Source: Sphagnum compactum (taxonomy: Eukaryota). Taken from it: DNA of 64,000 nt. The stretch spans positions 9,166,213 to 9,230,212 of the forward strand of contig OZ234493.1 of the NCBI GenBank assembly GCA_965153455.1. Direction: 5' to 3'. This document shows, in pieces, positions 1-14,564 of the stretch. The position numbers and the translations under genes were made by a program. Within the stretch, counting starts at the first letter, position 1. Every line of letters starts with the position of its first letter. Below the pieces are notes generated by a model, which did not search any database, was not told the origin of the DNA, and saw nothing but the letters and a program-made list of their open reading frames with translations.

Positions 1-406
1 CTGTTGAAATGCTTTGTTGATTACAAACATGAACTCATCATGCAAGTTCATGTAAAACACAACTTTTATTGAAAACAAAAATCAAATTTCACATATGACA
101 AAATTTATTCAAAACATAAAGTTTTTCAATGGACCCCCCAAAAAAAATTCATAATTCTCATTACTGAAAATAAAATTTGTTAAAATTTTGTCATTTCCCC
201 CTTTTTCTTCCTTTTGCCTCTTTTTTTCCTTTTTTTTCATCATAATTTCTTGGCAAAACCTTTTTATTCTTGGTTTAAGTTATTTCTAGTTGTGTTGTTT
301 CCTTTTATAGTTATCTATTTTCACTTTTCAGTTTCATATTCAACATTTCCAAATTCACAGGTTAAATATAATCTTGAAGGTGAATGTATCACACTACCAA
401 TCTAAA

Positions 407-620
407 AGTGCATTCACACTTGATGTTAAGTCAGTGTTAAATAAAAATCTAGGTGGCATCCTAGGTGGCATGCAATGTTAAATAGGTGATAACTTAATGT
501 TAAGTGAATGCTAGCTTACCATAAAATCTTCATGGTAATTAGTAGGCTTAAGTCCTAAATGACTACCATGATGTTAGGGGACTCAACACTAGAGTCCCTA
601 ACACCAAGTGTGAATGCACC
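407..620. mobile_element. MITE (PIF/Harbinger-like)
   Basis: Terminal inverted repeats gtgcattcacacttgatgtta (408-428) and taacaccaagtgtgaatgcac (599-619); ~215 bp, non-coding; TSD not cleanly preserved. Confidence 0.7.
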
Positions 621-1526
621 AATGTAAGTGTTGAAAAAAACTCAATGTTAAGTTAAATATTCCTTGGTCATTGTTGAAATTAAATATCTTGAACACAATG
701 GAAAATTAAAAATATTATATCTTATAATGATTGCGATAGGATGGTAAAGTAAGACATGCACAATTCTACACATGGCAAAAAAAAGATGAAGAGATGAAGA
801 GAAAGAAAGGTGAGGGAATATGGGAAGCACAAACAAATGATGAAAAAAAAAGAAAAAAGAAAGAGAGGGGGTGGGGGGAAGGGATGGAAGGGATAAAAAG
901 GCCAAGCTCATGCACCACTTAAAGGGCCAAATGGGGAGCTTTAGTAGCAAACTCCCCCTTTGCCCATTGTTGAAGTACTTGGGCTTAAATCATTTTTAAG
1001 GATCCTAAAAACATTTTCAATATTAACCTTACTAACATCCATTTGTTAGTCAAACATAATTTTATCCAAATTTTCATCAATTGGCTTGAAATTATACAAA
1101 ACATAATTTTGACTTACATAATTCATATTTACAAATAAATCAAGTTCAATTTTTCAAACCTTCAACCATCACAATCAACTATTTTAGAATTGAATGTGTT
1201 TTAAATTGTTGATAAATAAAAGACGCCTGGAATTGACGTCATTTATCCTTTCATTAAGAATTGAATAACATAGGTTCAAAAAAATTTGACCATGTTTCAA
1301 ATTGCTTGTAAAATAATTGAATTATGATTTTTCCATTTGCAATGATAATTCACAAGTATTGTAATAACCAGCTTATCCAACGTTTGAGAGCGTAAAGCAT
1401 GTGACACATCAATGGCATCACAAACATTGAATAGGCCACATGTGACACATCAATGGCGCCACAAACATTGGGTAGGCCATATGATTGATGATCCTATGTA
1501 AACACGAACCATGAGATATAAAAATG

Positions 1527-1665
1527 TATCACTAAACAATTTATCCTTAGAATTTAAGGCATCAACAACAATATCACTAAACAATTTATCCTTAGAATTT
1601 AAGGCATCAACAACAATATCACTAAACAATTTATCCTTAGAATTTAAGGCATCGACAACAATATC
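1527..1665. repeat. 45-bp tandem repeat, ~3 copies
   Basis: Unit tatcactaaacaatttatccttagaatttaaggcatcaacaacaa starts at 1527, 1572 and 1617. An adjacent ~41-bp duplication (atgtgacacatcaatggc) starts at 1399 and 1440. Confidence 0.9.
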
Positions 1666-2492
1666 GACATATTTATGCATTGTAAAAGTTTCAACATTGA
1701 ATGTATCAACAATAATGTTTGCACTAGCCTAATGTGCAAATCAATATAACACTAACCCAATAGGTTTTCTAGGTTTAATGGTACTAGACAGAATAGCTTT
1801 AGATTTAACAAAAAGTTCCAATTTTTTTTTATCAAATACATAAATCATACAATACACAAATAAATACTTTCTATCTTTCATTTCAAAATTAGTGTGCTAA
1901 ACAACTTTTTTTTTTACCAAATCCTAGTGTGTAGATTGTCCAAGTTCTTTCCAACAAATTTTATGTGCCTTAATTTCTTGATAGGCAAAATGAAAAAAAT
2001 TAATTAACATTATATGAAAAATGAATGGTACCTCAAACTCCAAGAGTAAATTCCTTGCTTGAACCATTTTCCTCCTTTCCTCCTCTTATGACAATTAGTT
2101 CTCAAAGTATCAACATGATCAAAAGAAAAATATCAATGACACAATGTCAATTGTCATTGAATTCATTGCAAATACTACCTCTAAATTAAAATATGAATTT
2201 AATGTTAGTTAACATTGGCTACTAACATCATCTTAACATTAATGCCATGACATATGACACATAAGATTTAATGTTAGTTAACATATAACTATGGACTAGT
2301 GCTTGATTTTAACATCCTTAACACTAGCCTAACATTGAAGTTAACACCAGGTGTAGCCATGCCTTAAGCCACAAAAGTTGAAATTTGTATTAGAACTATG
2401 AGCAATGTTTCTGAAAGGCTCATGCATCACTTCAAAATGTGACAAAATGTGACACCCAGTACCCCAGGTCATTGAATTGGCAAGTTGGTAAT

Positions 2493-4775
2493 TTACACAG
2501 ACACAGGGGTGAGCAAACTTTCCAGGATCTTGTCATCTAATTCAAATTTGATGTCCTTTTTGTCTCTTCCAATGGCTATGTACTCCTCATACCGAGCCTT
2601 CAAATCCTCTTGCAAATTCGTTTTGCTCTCCCATCCCAGCTTTGTGCTGGCTGCTCTCGGCTCTGCATAAAAGTGCTGCACCAGCACAGAAATTGTACAA
2701 ATATGCAGGAAGTCAGAAACAGCTTTCAGTTCTATAACAGAGAAAGATGCACAATGCTCAAGCAACTTGCTGAGCTGAATTTCCTAGCAGGAGGAGGGAA
2801 GAAGAGGCAGGAAAGGAAGACTGGAAATTGTTGACAGTACCATGTTGCGAAAGGGGAAGGACTTCTTGGCATCGACACCAGCAGCTTTAGGATCATAATG
2901 CACAATCTCTGCTTCCTTGCCAGCAGCTTTGGCACACAGGCGAACGAGCCCATCAAAGGTGACAGCACGGTCACTGACAGCATTAAATATGGAGCCATTA
3001 GCAGCAGCCGGCTTCTCAACAGCAAGCGTGAGCATGCTTGACAGGTCAGAGACATGAGAAATATTCGTCACCTGGAGCCCTGATCCTGGAATTGGAACAG
3101 GTCTTCCCCTCACAATTCCTGTATTTTGAAAGTGACAATTGATCAGAGGCTAGTTCAAAGAATAACTCATTGAAAAATATTGCAGTTTCTGAGCTCAGAC
3201 AAACGAGCTACCTACCTCAAGTATACCCTAACTTGAACAAAGCTACAATACATGATACTGAGAAGGGAAAAAGAATGTGACCCATGTTTAACAAAGTGGA
3301 TAGATTACATACGGTCAAAGAACCATTCTTCACAGTCTTTGTTGTTGCCAGAGCCTGTCATATACTGAGGGCGGAAGGAAGCCCAGCTCTCAAAGCCCAA
3401 GCCTGCTAGATAATCCTCCACTATCTTATGGCCTGCATCTCCCTTGACCTCATCCTGGTTCAACACAACTTTCTTATTATATAGTCTGACAAACTGTTTC
3501 TCTTCCATTGCTCCTCCCATTTGAAACATCATCAAAGCATCCCATCGAAACACAATGTGGAAAGAAAGAGTGAAGATAGGATTTGAGAGGCCTAACCCCC
3601 TCCACATGAGGTGGCTCATCTGTGCTCTTGTAGATTCCTGCACTGCTGATGAACAAAAACTGCTTCGCTCCACTTGCCTTTGCCCAATCTGCAACAGGTC
3701 TATCCCACCAGGACCAGAAGTTAACTCTTGTCTTGTGCAAGGAGGGAGTGAGGACAAGACTGAACTCGAAACATTGGCAGATAGGCATCCTTGTCTACTA
3801 CCGAAGCCCCAGAACATAATGGACACAAAAAGCTTGTTTTCTCATACACTATCTTGCAGCACTTTTGTCACCAGATTTTCCAGATTTGTGTGCAACAGAC
3901 AAAGGGAGAGAGGAGTGGTATTCTTGCACCTCCTCTTGCCAGAAGCTTGCAAAATTTCAATTGTGGAGAGGATGAGATGGAGAAAGAGAGAGAACAACAT
4001 ACTTGACAACCTCCAACGTCTTGCCATTGTTGTCAAGAACTACATCGAAGGATGAGAGCCCGAGAACTCCAATATCCGCAGGCTCTCCCCACACTGTCTC
4101 CACTCCTAAGTCCCGTAGTTCCTGCCATTCTTTGCATCAGGCGGTGAAGAAGAATTTTTCTTCCAGAAACCTTCAAGAGGAGAGGACCGTGGGAAGACAA
4201 TTGGCCTATTGAAGATGCAAAACTTCGGTTTCCTCTTCAGATCACATACAATTGAGAATCATGGACCAGAGAGGCCTTGGCGCACTCACCGAGAATCGAG
4301 AAAACGGAGGCTTCTTCATCTTATCCGAAGACTCGTCGCCAACAGTGAGGATGGTGACGGCATGGCCAGCAGCTCGAAGGTCCTTGGCAAACCAGAAGCC
4401 GATGATGGCGTGACCTCCACTGTTGGTGTTCACAATCAGGACCTTCTTCTTGCTCTCTCCCTGTCCCTGTACCGCAGCAGCAGCAGCAGCTCGTACCACC
4501 ACATTATTCCAGGCTGCTCCTGCTGCTCTCCGTTCGACGGATCTCAAGCCATTCCGCTGATGCTGCTCCGTCAAGAAGCTGGAAAAAAGAGACAAATGTG
4601 CGGTACAGAATTGCGAACAACAGGAGGAAGAGGAGGAAGTACCAGAACGTAAGAACAGTCTAAAAGTCTGTCCACTTGCTGCTACTGCTAAAGACGAAGA
4701 AGAAGAAGAAGAAGAAGAAGGCGAAGAAGACCAAGGAATGAGAACCAGACTAGAAAGACTTTGTGAAAGAGCCAT
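2493..4775 (-). CDS. CSP41a: Chloroplast stem-loop binding protein of 41 kDa a (NAD-dependent epimerase/SDR fold), 6 exons
   Basis: Ser-rich transit peptide, then [95 protein letters not shown] exons approx. 4775-4290, 4121-4003, 3699-3596, 3454-3312, 3119-2841, 2685-2493. Alternative in-frame ATG at 4784. Confidence 0.93.
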
Positions 4776-5229
4776 GGCAATCATGCAACTTGTGTGCTCC
4801 AATTTTCTCCCGAAGTTTCAATGTTCGCCGTCGCACAAGGATCTTAATGATAATGCAGCAAGTGCAGATCAATCTACGATCATGACTTCAACAATTATCA
4901 AAACAAATTTACCTGGACTCGACAAGAGGAAAGAAGAAGGGAGAAGAAGAGCATGGCGTATGTGTGTGCAAAGGCGGATTTCAGTGGCCGAAATCAAAAG
5001 TGGTGGTACGAGGAGGATGAAAAAAAGCTGCAATTGGATAAAGGATCATCCGGTGTTGTTCTTCCCTTAAATAAATAAATAAATAAATATTTTTTAAAAA
5101 AATTCTACAACCAGGGTTAATCGGTAGTTAAATCATAGGTTCCAGCCCAGGTTAATATGAACTGGATCTGAACCAAGACTGATTTTCAGAACAGGAACCA
5201 AAACTTCTTTCTCTCTCTCTCTCTCTTTT

Positions 5230-5260
<31 letters not shown>

Positions 5261-5384
5261 TTTTTAATTTTTAAATTTTTAAAAAAATTTAATCAAGGTT
5301 CTCTCGTTCTCAGAATGAATCAAGGTTCTCTCGTTCTATTTTATATTTCCTTCTTAAGAATCGGAATGATCCTACGGGCAGGGT

Positions 5385-5545
5385 ACATACACCTGCTCTT
5401 TAAGAGTGAGAGGGATCCCTACAAGGAGGGTCCTTCACACCTACTCCTTAAGAGGGAGAGTGATCCCTATGAGCAATGTTCTTGTTGCTTAAAAGTGAGA
5501 TAGATACCTTAGGGGAGGGTTCTTAGTCTTTTAAGAGTGAGATGA
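5385..5545. repeat. Degenerate ~47-bp tandem repeat
   Basis: Recurring ...ttaagagtgaga(g)ggatccct... units near 5399, 5448, 5489 and 5531. Confidence 0.55.
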
Positions 5546-5599
5546 ATCTTATGTCTATAACACAATTAGAACTCAGATAGATTTTAAGTTTATGTGTTG

Positions 5600-6010
5600 A
5601 CGAATTGACATTGTGGTTTTGACAGATGACATTCGAATGTCGGTTGACATTGTCATCATTAATTCCACTTAAACAAATTTGGATTCATAAGCAGCTCTAT
5701 TTTGTGGGGTTGTCATTCTAGTTGCAACTCAAACGAAACATAGCTTTTATCATGATCAATATTCAATGGACTACTTTCTCTCTTTAGTTTTAAAGGTTTT
5801 TGAATGTTTGCATCAACAAGTCAACAATTTTTTTCCATTGATGTGTCAACATGGCATGGAGTGTGAAAAGGTTTGAAAGTCCTCTTTCAATTTTGCGTTC
5901 ATTTTACATGTAGAAGGTGTCAATGGCATTATAACAAATGTAAGCGGCCTCTATTTTGAGGTGTGATGTTATTGTAAATGAGAGTTCTTCTAGGCTAAAT
6001 GTTATTTCAA
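5600..6010 (+). mobile_element. Decayed 3' remnant of an RLE-type (CRE/R2-like) non-LTR retrotransposon
   Basis: Interrupted translation DIVIINST...VATQTKHSFYHDQYSMDYFLSLVLKVFECLHQQVNNFF...LSILRSFYM*KVSMAL parallels the restriction-like endonuclease tail at 36130-36800. Confidence 0.5.
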
Positions 6011-8913
6011 GTGTTCTTCCCCTCTCTTTATATGACATGCTCCTTGCAACTTAGAAGGGAAGGGGTTTGAATACTTGATTTGTTCATATTTTAGTTGCGA
6101 TTTGCTTTCATTAGTGGTTTCTTCTTTTTGCTTCGACTCGGGTCCTTCCCTCTTGTACCTTTCTCTCCCTTTTTTTTGGGTGTTTTGTTTTATTGATGTT
6201 TGGCAAGTTTTCATCAATAGCCACTATTGTAATGTGCAGCATGACAAATGGATGGTGGATGGATAAGAAACATCTATTGGGTTTTAATTCCTCATTAAAC
6301 CATAGTAGTTGACTCAATTGACTACTTGGCTACTAACACCCCCCCAGCCTTCACCTACTTATTAACCATATGCATGCATCCACTTATTTAATAACATTTA
6401 ATGCCTATTTATTTATCTACCTACATGACCTTTATTGGATATGTTACCGAGGTGAAACCTAACATCAACTCATTTACATTCGTCCATATCTAAATCACAA
6501 TTAACACCTTGTGAATGGTGCATTTTTGGTTCACTCCCACCAACTCTACCCATGTTGTAAGAAAGAAAGGACGAAATAACCCAACATTGAAATGAGATTG
6601 CAACAAGAAAATGGTAGATAAACATGGGTGAGTTGCTTCACTATTACGGTAATACCTTTTAAGGTTCGGCAAAAATTATATTATTTTTTTAAATGGCAAA
6701 ATTTTAAAATATTAAGGTCCTTTCCTCCTGAAGATTTAAAAAATTATTGTTTCTTGAAGTCGAAATTTCATAGGAATCCTAAACTATTTTTATACACATC
6801 CACACCTTAAGTTTATAAATGTTATAAAAGAATCCCGAATATAACTAATAGCTTGAATTTCATTCCTTTTAATGTCCTTATTTATATTAATTATTTCAAT
6901 TTGATCAATCAAATTAAGCTTTAGTTAAAGTGTTATTGTTTGGTGTTAAACAACACTTACTTGAACATTTCTTCGTTGCCTTTATATACTTCATGATGTT
7001 GAACTGTGACAACATAACTTCATCAAGGTTAAATAAAATTAACATATCATGAATGAAATCCAATTGAGCATTGTTGTCATAAGTCTCTTCTATCTTAATT
7101 TCAAATCAAATTTCATGTGCCATCCTTGATTATTAAGAATTTTTCACTAATAAAGCACCAAGTTGTTATGCCAACATTACTAGATGAATGCACAATCAAG
7201 TGGCTCAATATCGACATATTTACATTCCCTATAAGTCCATAGAAGATTATTTAAAATGATTCAAATGAACATGATTGGTACTTTAAAAATTATTATTATA
7301 ATAATTTTTTTGAATAATACATGTTCAATCACCAACAAACCTTCCCAAATCTATGTGAAAACTTGAATTTAATGTAGCTAATGTCATTTTTTAATTTGGA
7401 AATGTTAAAAGGAAAACCCAAAAAATCCATATGAATAATGACTCATGTAAAACTTTCAAAAACATGAGTCAATATTCATATGAACTTTGTGACCTTTGTA
7501 TATATGCTTTTGGGACAAAAAATTTGAAAAACAAACAAAAATTGCAACTCATATGGACTTATGAAAATATGGTCAAATTTTAACCATTCAAAAGTCCCTA
7601 ACTATTAAACAATTAAGGTTTTCAAAGGAAAGATTCCTCATGTGAGTTTATCATCTTGTATAACATCATATATTGAGTCTCAGTAACAAATTTGGAATGT
7701 GAATCAATATTATTTTTTTCATTTTGTGATGTTTCAATTATATGACCAGTCCATATTTTTTAACATCAAGAGTCCATTACTAATAGCAAATGAGTTTTTT
7801 TATCAATAAATAACCACACAATTCTTTTCACAATGAAATTGTTAGTTTTGATCCAAGTCCCAATTTTTAGATTAAATATATATTAATCACCATATGCATT
7901 TGAATAAAGGGTACGCAAAGAAACAACACCATTTCATCACAAAAATGAGCCACTTGATTGTGCATCCACCTTATTATGATGCATTGAATCTAATGTTGTT
8001 AAGAAACAAAAAAATTTAAGAATGTATTGCACCCCACCAATTTCACACCAAATAACTTTGTTACAAATACATACAAAACAAAAAATGATCGTACTTAATA
8101 AAAGTACGTTAAAAAGGGAAATTAAAAAATGAAAACCAAGGTGAATAGTGGTTGTTAGAGCTTTGAAAATGAAAGAATCATAAATATTAAAGAATATTGA
8201 TTTGGAAAGAATAAGGCTCATTGTGATGGCAAGTGCAGCGCATGGTGGACATCCATGCCAACTAATTAACATTTCACACAAAAATTAGGGCCTTTGCATT
8301 GTCCAACTCATGGTTAGTTGTTTCCTTTTCATGCTCATCTTTATAGTTTACTTATGGTTTGATCACACACTTCCTTTTTTTCTTTCCTTTTCTTTCAATA
8401 AATAGGCCTAAGTTTTCTAACATTATTCAAAATTTGCATGAGGGTAATTGATTTCAAAGGATCCATGGGTTTTGTTTTAGTTTCAAAAGCAAAAGTTCAA
8501 TTTTTTGGGGCTTATCTCCATTTTGATTTTTGGAACATCTATTTGGGAAACATCTTTAAAATAAAGGGAGTGTAAATTGTATTGTTTTAAAATTTGAAAA
8601 ATGTTAAGAAGAAATGTGAATCAAGTCATGTTATGCACAACCAACACTATGCCAAAACATGGAATCCATGACTATGACATTTTACAACAAATGTTCAAAC
8701 TTAATGATGTAATCCCATTCTTCATGTTTTTGTGCCATTTATGCAACTTTAGGCACTTGATTATGACTATCATTATGCTTATAAATACATTGTTAATAGT
8801 CATCTTAAAAGAAGTGTAATTAAACTAAACAAGTTAGGTGGTTAGGCTATATAAATTAGGTATCTAAGTAGGTAGCCTAGCTAGTTAACTAATTAACTTA
8901 ATTAAAGTAGTTA

Positions 8914-9195
8914 GAGCATCTCCACCCCACACTAGCAAACACCTTTTTTCATTAAATTTGCAACATGATAGTGTAAATCCTATTGTGCTATTGTATTGAT
9001 GTCCATTTTGTAATGGTCATTTAACCCCTTTAAAAGTTTTTCTACTATGGATTTGGACAATGATTATTACTTGTGTAGATGTAAAGACATAAATGAGTTT
9101 TTTGCGTTTAAAAGGACTTTGATGACGTTTGATCATTAAATGGTATTTTATTTTAAAATAAAGGAGTTGTTTACAATTTTGGGGTGGAGATGCTC
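8914..9195. mobile_element. Tourist-type MITE (PIF/Harbinger)
   Basis: Perfect 16-bp TIR gagcatctccacccca (8914-8929) / tggggtggagatgctc (9180-9195); TTA target-site duplication at 8911-8913 and 9196-9198; sits in a (taggt)-rich low-complexity tract. Confidence 0.92.
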
Positions 9196-10496
9196 TTAGT
9201 TAAGTAATTAGATTATGTAATTAGGTTAGGTTAGGTAACTAGGTTGGGTAACTAGGTTGGGTTAAGTAGGCTATGAACATAGGTAGTTAGGGTAACTAAA
9301 CTAAGCTACCTACGTAGGATTAAGAAAATGTTCATGATAATATGATGAAAAAAATATCATTTGATGAATGAGTGATGTTATCGAGGATAAATTAAAGATA
9401 TGATTTGCATAAATTTATATGGATTTGAAAAATAAAAAAATTGACAATGAACATAAACTAGATGATTCTATTGTTTAAACAAAGCAAAATGCAAGTTAAG
9501 TATGAACTTGACTAGAAATACAAGAATCACAACTTGTAGTGGAAAATTTGAGGAAATTTGCCCTTGAGACTTTAATTTATACCAATGGAACCTTTAAGAA
9601 GTTCATTAGTTCTTTAGAAAATTTCATTAACTAAACATTTTATGAGTTTTTACTAAATATCCTTCTAGAAGTTTTTACTAATCACATCTTTCTCTAACCT
9701 ACCATTGCTAAAGTTATCTAAAAGCTTTCACCAACTATATATTTTAAAAACTTTTATCAATTATTATTCTATGACACACCACATGTTGTGACTTTAGCTT
9801 GAAGCTTGTATCAAGGCTAAAGGCATGAAAAAATATGTAGGCCAAATGAATGTATTGAGACATGAACACACTCTTACAAGAGTGAAAGAATATGAAGGAG
9901 GTGGGTCTCAAACACTCCCAAATGGAAATCACTTTGGGAGTTAGAATTTCAAAGTGTTTTGAATTTGTCGAACAAAATTACAAATGGAAAAACTTGTCCA
10001 AATTGAACATTTTTTATATCATTAGAAAGTTCTTGGAATGTAGATGTTGAAAGCGACTTCACATTCCCCATTTGAATATTTAAAACTCAAGTAATATAAC
10101 CAAAATAATGGTAGGGAGTTAAATTAATAATTTGATTCCTAACCACTAAAACTCAAGAAACATGGTTAAAATGACCTTTGAATTAAACATGACATTACAA
10201 AAATCTTTTGAAAGATTATAATTTATTTTTTAAAGTGCTCCAATTAAAGCTTGTATGCATGAGTTATGATCCCACAAATTTATGCTTGGAAAATTTTCCA
10301 TACTCCAACTTGGGAGTCTTGGAATTTAAAGCATTTCAATGTAAACCCCACAATCAATCACCTCATATATTAATATAAGGAGGAGAATGGTGCCTCCTCT
10401 CAAAGGTTGAACTATGTGGGTCATGTGAATTTAAGTTTCCCTTTATTTAAATCTTAACATCACTTAGTTTTCATTTGTATTAATCTAATTGTAAGT

Positions 10497-10586
10497 TAAC
10501 TTTCATTAGTTATTTACTTTGTGTAAGTTAACTTGTTAATGAGCTTGCACTAGCACCTTCGTCCTAGTTTAATTTTTCGAAACTTT
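10497..10586 (+). repeat. Left copy of a ~90-bp direct repeat flanking the 15.4-kb composite insertion
   Basis: Matches 25959-26047 with 3 substitutions and one 1-bp indel. Confidence 0.92.
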
Positions 10587-10869
10587 TTTTATTAGCAACT
10601 AGTTGGTAAACCCATTTTGCTTGCAAAATGATCAGGAGAAAAGATTGAAAGGACCTTGAGAACTGTTTAGTTAATAGTTTTAAGTTGGGACAATTTTCAT
10701 TCAATGGGACAATAAGAATTTAGGAAGCATTCTATTTTCAACAGCCACACGTCATGAACATAGCTTGCGTTGCAGTCATTTTTGCATCCAATGTAGGGAA
10801 TTTCAACCCATGATTTGGATGTGGGAATTTCGACTCATCGAGACAGAAAAGTAAGCAATAGATAGAGAA

Positions 10870-13800
10870 GAAAGATCGTTGCAACAATTCTGTATAAACA
10901 ACATTGGTCGTCGTCCTGCCATTCGAGCAGAAAACAAAGACGTCATTCACACGCGTAGCTCGTGACAGAGCTACATACAATTGGCCATGGGTGAAGACAG
11001 GTTCAGGCAAGAAAATGCCAACGGTTTTCATGGTCTGACCCTGCGCCTTGTTAATTGTCATAGCGAATGCCAATTGCAAGGGGAATTGGCACCTTTGTAG
11101 GGTGAATGGCCACTTCAAACAATTCGTTGTTGTGGTGATGCGCGGTATGTTGACAATATTCCCCACATGCGTGCCACCAATGATCTGCGCAACGATCAAT
11201 CTTCGTGCCAAGCGCGAAATGATTAGACGGGTCCCATTACAAAGTCCTGAGGTCGCATCGAGATTTCTTAGTAAGATAACAGGGACACCAACTTTGAGGG
11301 CCAGGCTATGTGGTGGCATACCTGCCAGAGTAATGGTGTTGAGAAATTCTGTGCCAATCGCCATAGCCTGGTCATCCCCCGTTTCCACCGAGTCTGCTGA
11401 CAAAAATATGTGCTCTTGCCCAGGCACAGCCTCGACAATCTAAGTGTTGAGAGAGTTCACGACTGTATTTTTTGTTGTCAAAATAGCTCGACCGTCCATG
11501 TATCCTTGGTTTGCGTAATTGATTGCCAGGGCCGAGAAAACAGCGTGGATGAAGGTCTCTAAAGATGGCGCTTGATGGATTTCTGGGTATAAGGCAATCT
11601 CGACTCCAATTGAGGGCTCCGCGTCGGCTTCCGGTGGAAAATGATCAATGATGGAAGACTCTTGGCCATTGCCGACTCTCAGAAGGTACTCAGCATACGG
11701 CTTGGAGAGGGGATTGGCGTGCAATCTCATGCTTTCCGTGAGAGTCAAGATGCGCAATTGACGCCACAAAACCGAACGCAAAAGGGCCGCAGAAACGATT
11801 GCTGCCCGAGAGCCTCTGGACAACACTGGCGGACATTGTCGGAAATCACCCCCAAAGACAACCACTTTACTGCCAAAGGGCGAATCTGGGCGCCGCATGA
11901 TGTCGCGCAAAGTTCAGTCTACCGCCTCGGCATAGTGTCGATGTTGTGTTGGAGCTTCATCCCAAACAATCAACTTTGCTTCCCGGAGTAGCTCAGCAAA
12001 ATCGCTTTGCACATGTATCGAACACATTGAATCCTTACCAAGGGCAATTGGGATCTTGAAAACCGAATGTGCGGTTCATCCACCTTCCAATAGGAGAGCT
12101 GCTATGCCAGAAGAGGCAACCCCAATGGCGACATGTCCGTCTCGTCGAACCAATGCCAATAACACTTTATATACAAAGGTTTTACCTGACCCACCTGGAC
12201 CATCTAGGAAAAATACTGCGCCTTCGCCTTGGGCTATTGCGTTGAACACTGTAGTGACAGCTATTTCCTGACAAATGTTGAGCCGCGGGAGATTTTGGTT
12301 GATGTAGCCATGGAGTACATCTCTATCGTAGTCAAGTTCTGCAGCCAATTGAGGATAAACACATAGCATTTTTACAGGCGGCAAAGCGAGCGGCATTTCC
12401 GGAAAGTCATGCAAGCCTTTGTTTGTCAACGCTAATTTGGCCTCGAGGAGTAGTAGGGTATCGTTGTAGGCATCGTCGACAATGCCTCCATTCGTGATGC
12501 GTCGATGCCGCATATCGTGCGACATATCGTCTCGATATCTTTCCCATAACACTTCCGGATTCAAAGGAGAGCAGAATAGTAAGAGAGTCACAAAGAGATT
12601 CCTTAGCCTCTTTGCGTCTTGATCGATACATGCTTCTCGCATGCACGTGTCCCATTCTGTGTCATCCTGTAGTAATCCCAATGCTTTGCAAGCAGCTTGA
12701 AACGTCGGACGCTCTATGTCGTCAACAGTCCGGAGCTGCCGACACTAAGCGATCTATGTTTTCGGTTATGGAAACTTTCTGCTCCGGAGGAAATATAAGG
12801 AGCAGATGGATGTGAGGTAGGCCTTGTTTCTGGTATTCCCTTGTCCAGATGTTCCCAATAACTTTGGCGAACCATCCAATTTTTGCCATTCCTTTAAGAA
12901 GGGCTTTCACCTTCATCTGAAATACACGGGTGACCAAATCTGGACGGTCAGAAGCTGTTTGGTTGGGCTCGAGCTCCGCGATTATTTCTTGCCAATTCGG
13001 GTTGCAAGTGAATGTGAGGAAGACATCTGGAATTCCTTTGCTTCGCACAATAGCCATAGCATCTTGATATGCTTGCATCATGAAACGTGGAGAACCGCGA
13101 AATGAAGTTGGGAGAACAATTCGCTGACCCACTTGCGCAGGATGTAATCGGAAATCATGTTCGACCATATCTCCCAGCCCTTGGTAGAGTTCCGCACGAA
13201 GTTGAGCTTGGTTTAACACCAAAAAGTTAAGAGTGTTCTGCTCTGTCTTAGCAGCAACGTCGACGATATACTGTTGGAAAAGGCGACCACCGAGATGTAG
13301 AGCAGAGAGTTTGCCACTAAAGTGCACTATTTGTGCGTAATAAGTTGCCATTGAGACCCTTGTGCGTGCTCCGTCCTGATTGTTCTGTAGCCGCAGATTT
13401 TCAGACCACCCGTCTTCCCCAGCGAGGAAAAGCAACGGGTATTGTAAAGGATCGTAAGCAGGTGCTAGCTCGTTCATCCGCTGTAAACCACCTCCATATC
13501 GCCTTTGTACAATGACATCGCGATTTCCAACTTCTCCCGGCTCGCCAGGAATTATCATTACAACCTCGTTTGTCGTAGGGGCGTTGTAACGGTGGACATC
13601 TCCATTTCCCAGGGTACGGCCAGCTGTAATGCAAATGTGGACCTCCTCTGTAGGGTTTGCGGCGAGACGGTCGGCTGCACGAACAAAGACGTTTACATAA
13701 GGATTTACGCGCCCGAAGATCGTGCGAAGTGTCATCAAATGTGCCGAGCTTAGATTGGGGTTCTGCATCTGCCGATTCGGACCTTCATTTACCGCATCAT

Positions 13801-14564
13801 GCACATAGGCCTAAAGAAAGCGCGGTAATTGCCCTTCTGCAGGTTCCATACCACCAATCAAGTGGTAGAATCCTCCTTGCACCTTGTAGGTATGCACTCC
13901 TGGTCCAAGCTCAAAGCCCACACTCTGGACCCTTGTGGACGTAAATGCAAATGCCGCATTGTATAAACAAAGATGTTTACGAAATTCGGCATTTTGTCGA
14001 TCTTGTAACATGGCCATGTACTCTGGCGGGGTACGAATAGGAGGCAAAAGAATTTTCCCTGAGGCACAGCATTTACTATAGTGTGGTCTTCGAAGAGAGC
14101 CCCCCGTGCACTCTTCGATCCAGAAGCGAGAGCCACAATGGTTGCATTGCTCATTCAAGCGTCTGAACACTTGTCGGTCTATTTGCGGGTCGGCCAAGGG
14201 GTACCGCAAATCTCGTAGGGCCATGTGGTGTCCAGCCTGAAGTTGATCCTTTGCGCACACGACGCGACGTTGTTCAGCGCATCGCGCAACATCTATCATT
14301 AGTTGGGTTTGACGGCCCTGCTCTATTTCAAGAGCATGCGCTCTCGTGTGCTATTCCGTGTTTTCCAATAATCGATTAGCCATACACTGTGCTTCCTCAT
14401 GTTGGGCCCCATTAGACACAGCCCTTTCGAGAGCTACTGTAGCACGACGAAGTCTTCGACGTTCTCGAGCAGCTGCTCGCCTTTCTTCATCATATGCATA
14501 TTTGCGCGACACTCCAGGGCCTCGTCTACGATTCTTTCAGTCGGAAGCAAAATGGAATCAGGCT
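10870..14564 (-). pseudogene. Helitron Rep/PIF1-helicase (RepHel), disrupted
   Basis: Zn-finger CNHC...CC; Rep motifs YDPLQYPLLF, GSPRFM, VFLTFTCNPNW, EYQKQGLPHIH (HUH); PIF1 motifs FFLDGPGGSGKTF, GGDFRQCPPV, LLRNLD..GLCNGTRL, FAMTINKAQGQT, HGQLYVALSR. Broken by stops/frameshifts near 13811, 12722, 12076 and 11440, and by an apparent internal deletion near 12740. Confidence 0.92.

Noticed and set aside
1450-1732. ORFs with a repeated 15-aa unit; CRISPR-like appearance
   Set aside because: Simple 45-bp tandem repeat with no spacers; the ORFs arise only because the unit length is a multiple of 3.
3555-5070. Plus-strand ORFs of 110-166 aa
   Set aside because: Antisense to CSP41a exons and introns; no independent coding evidence.
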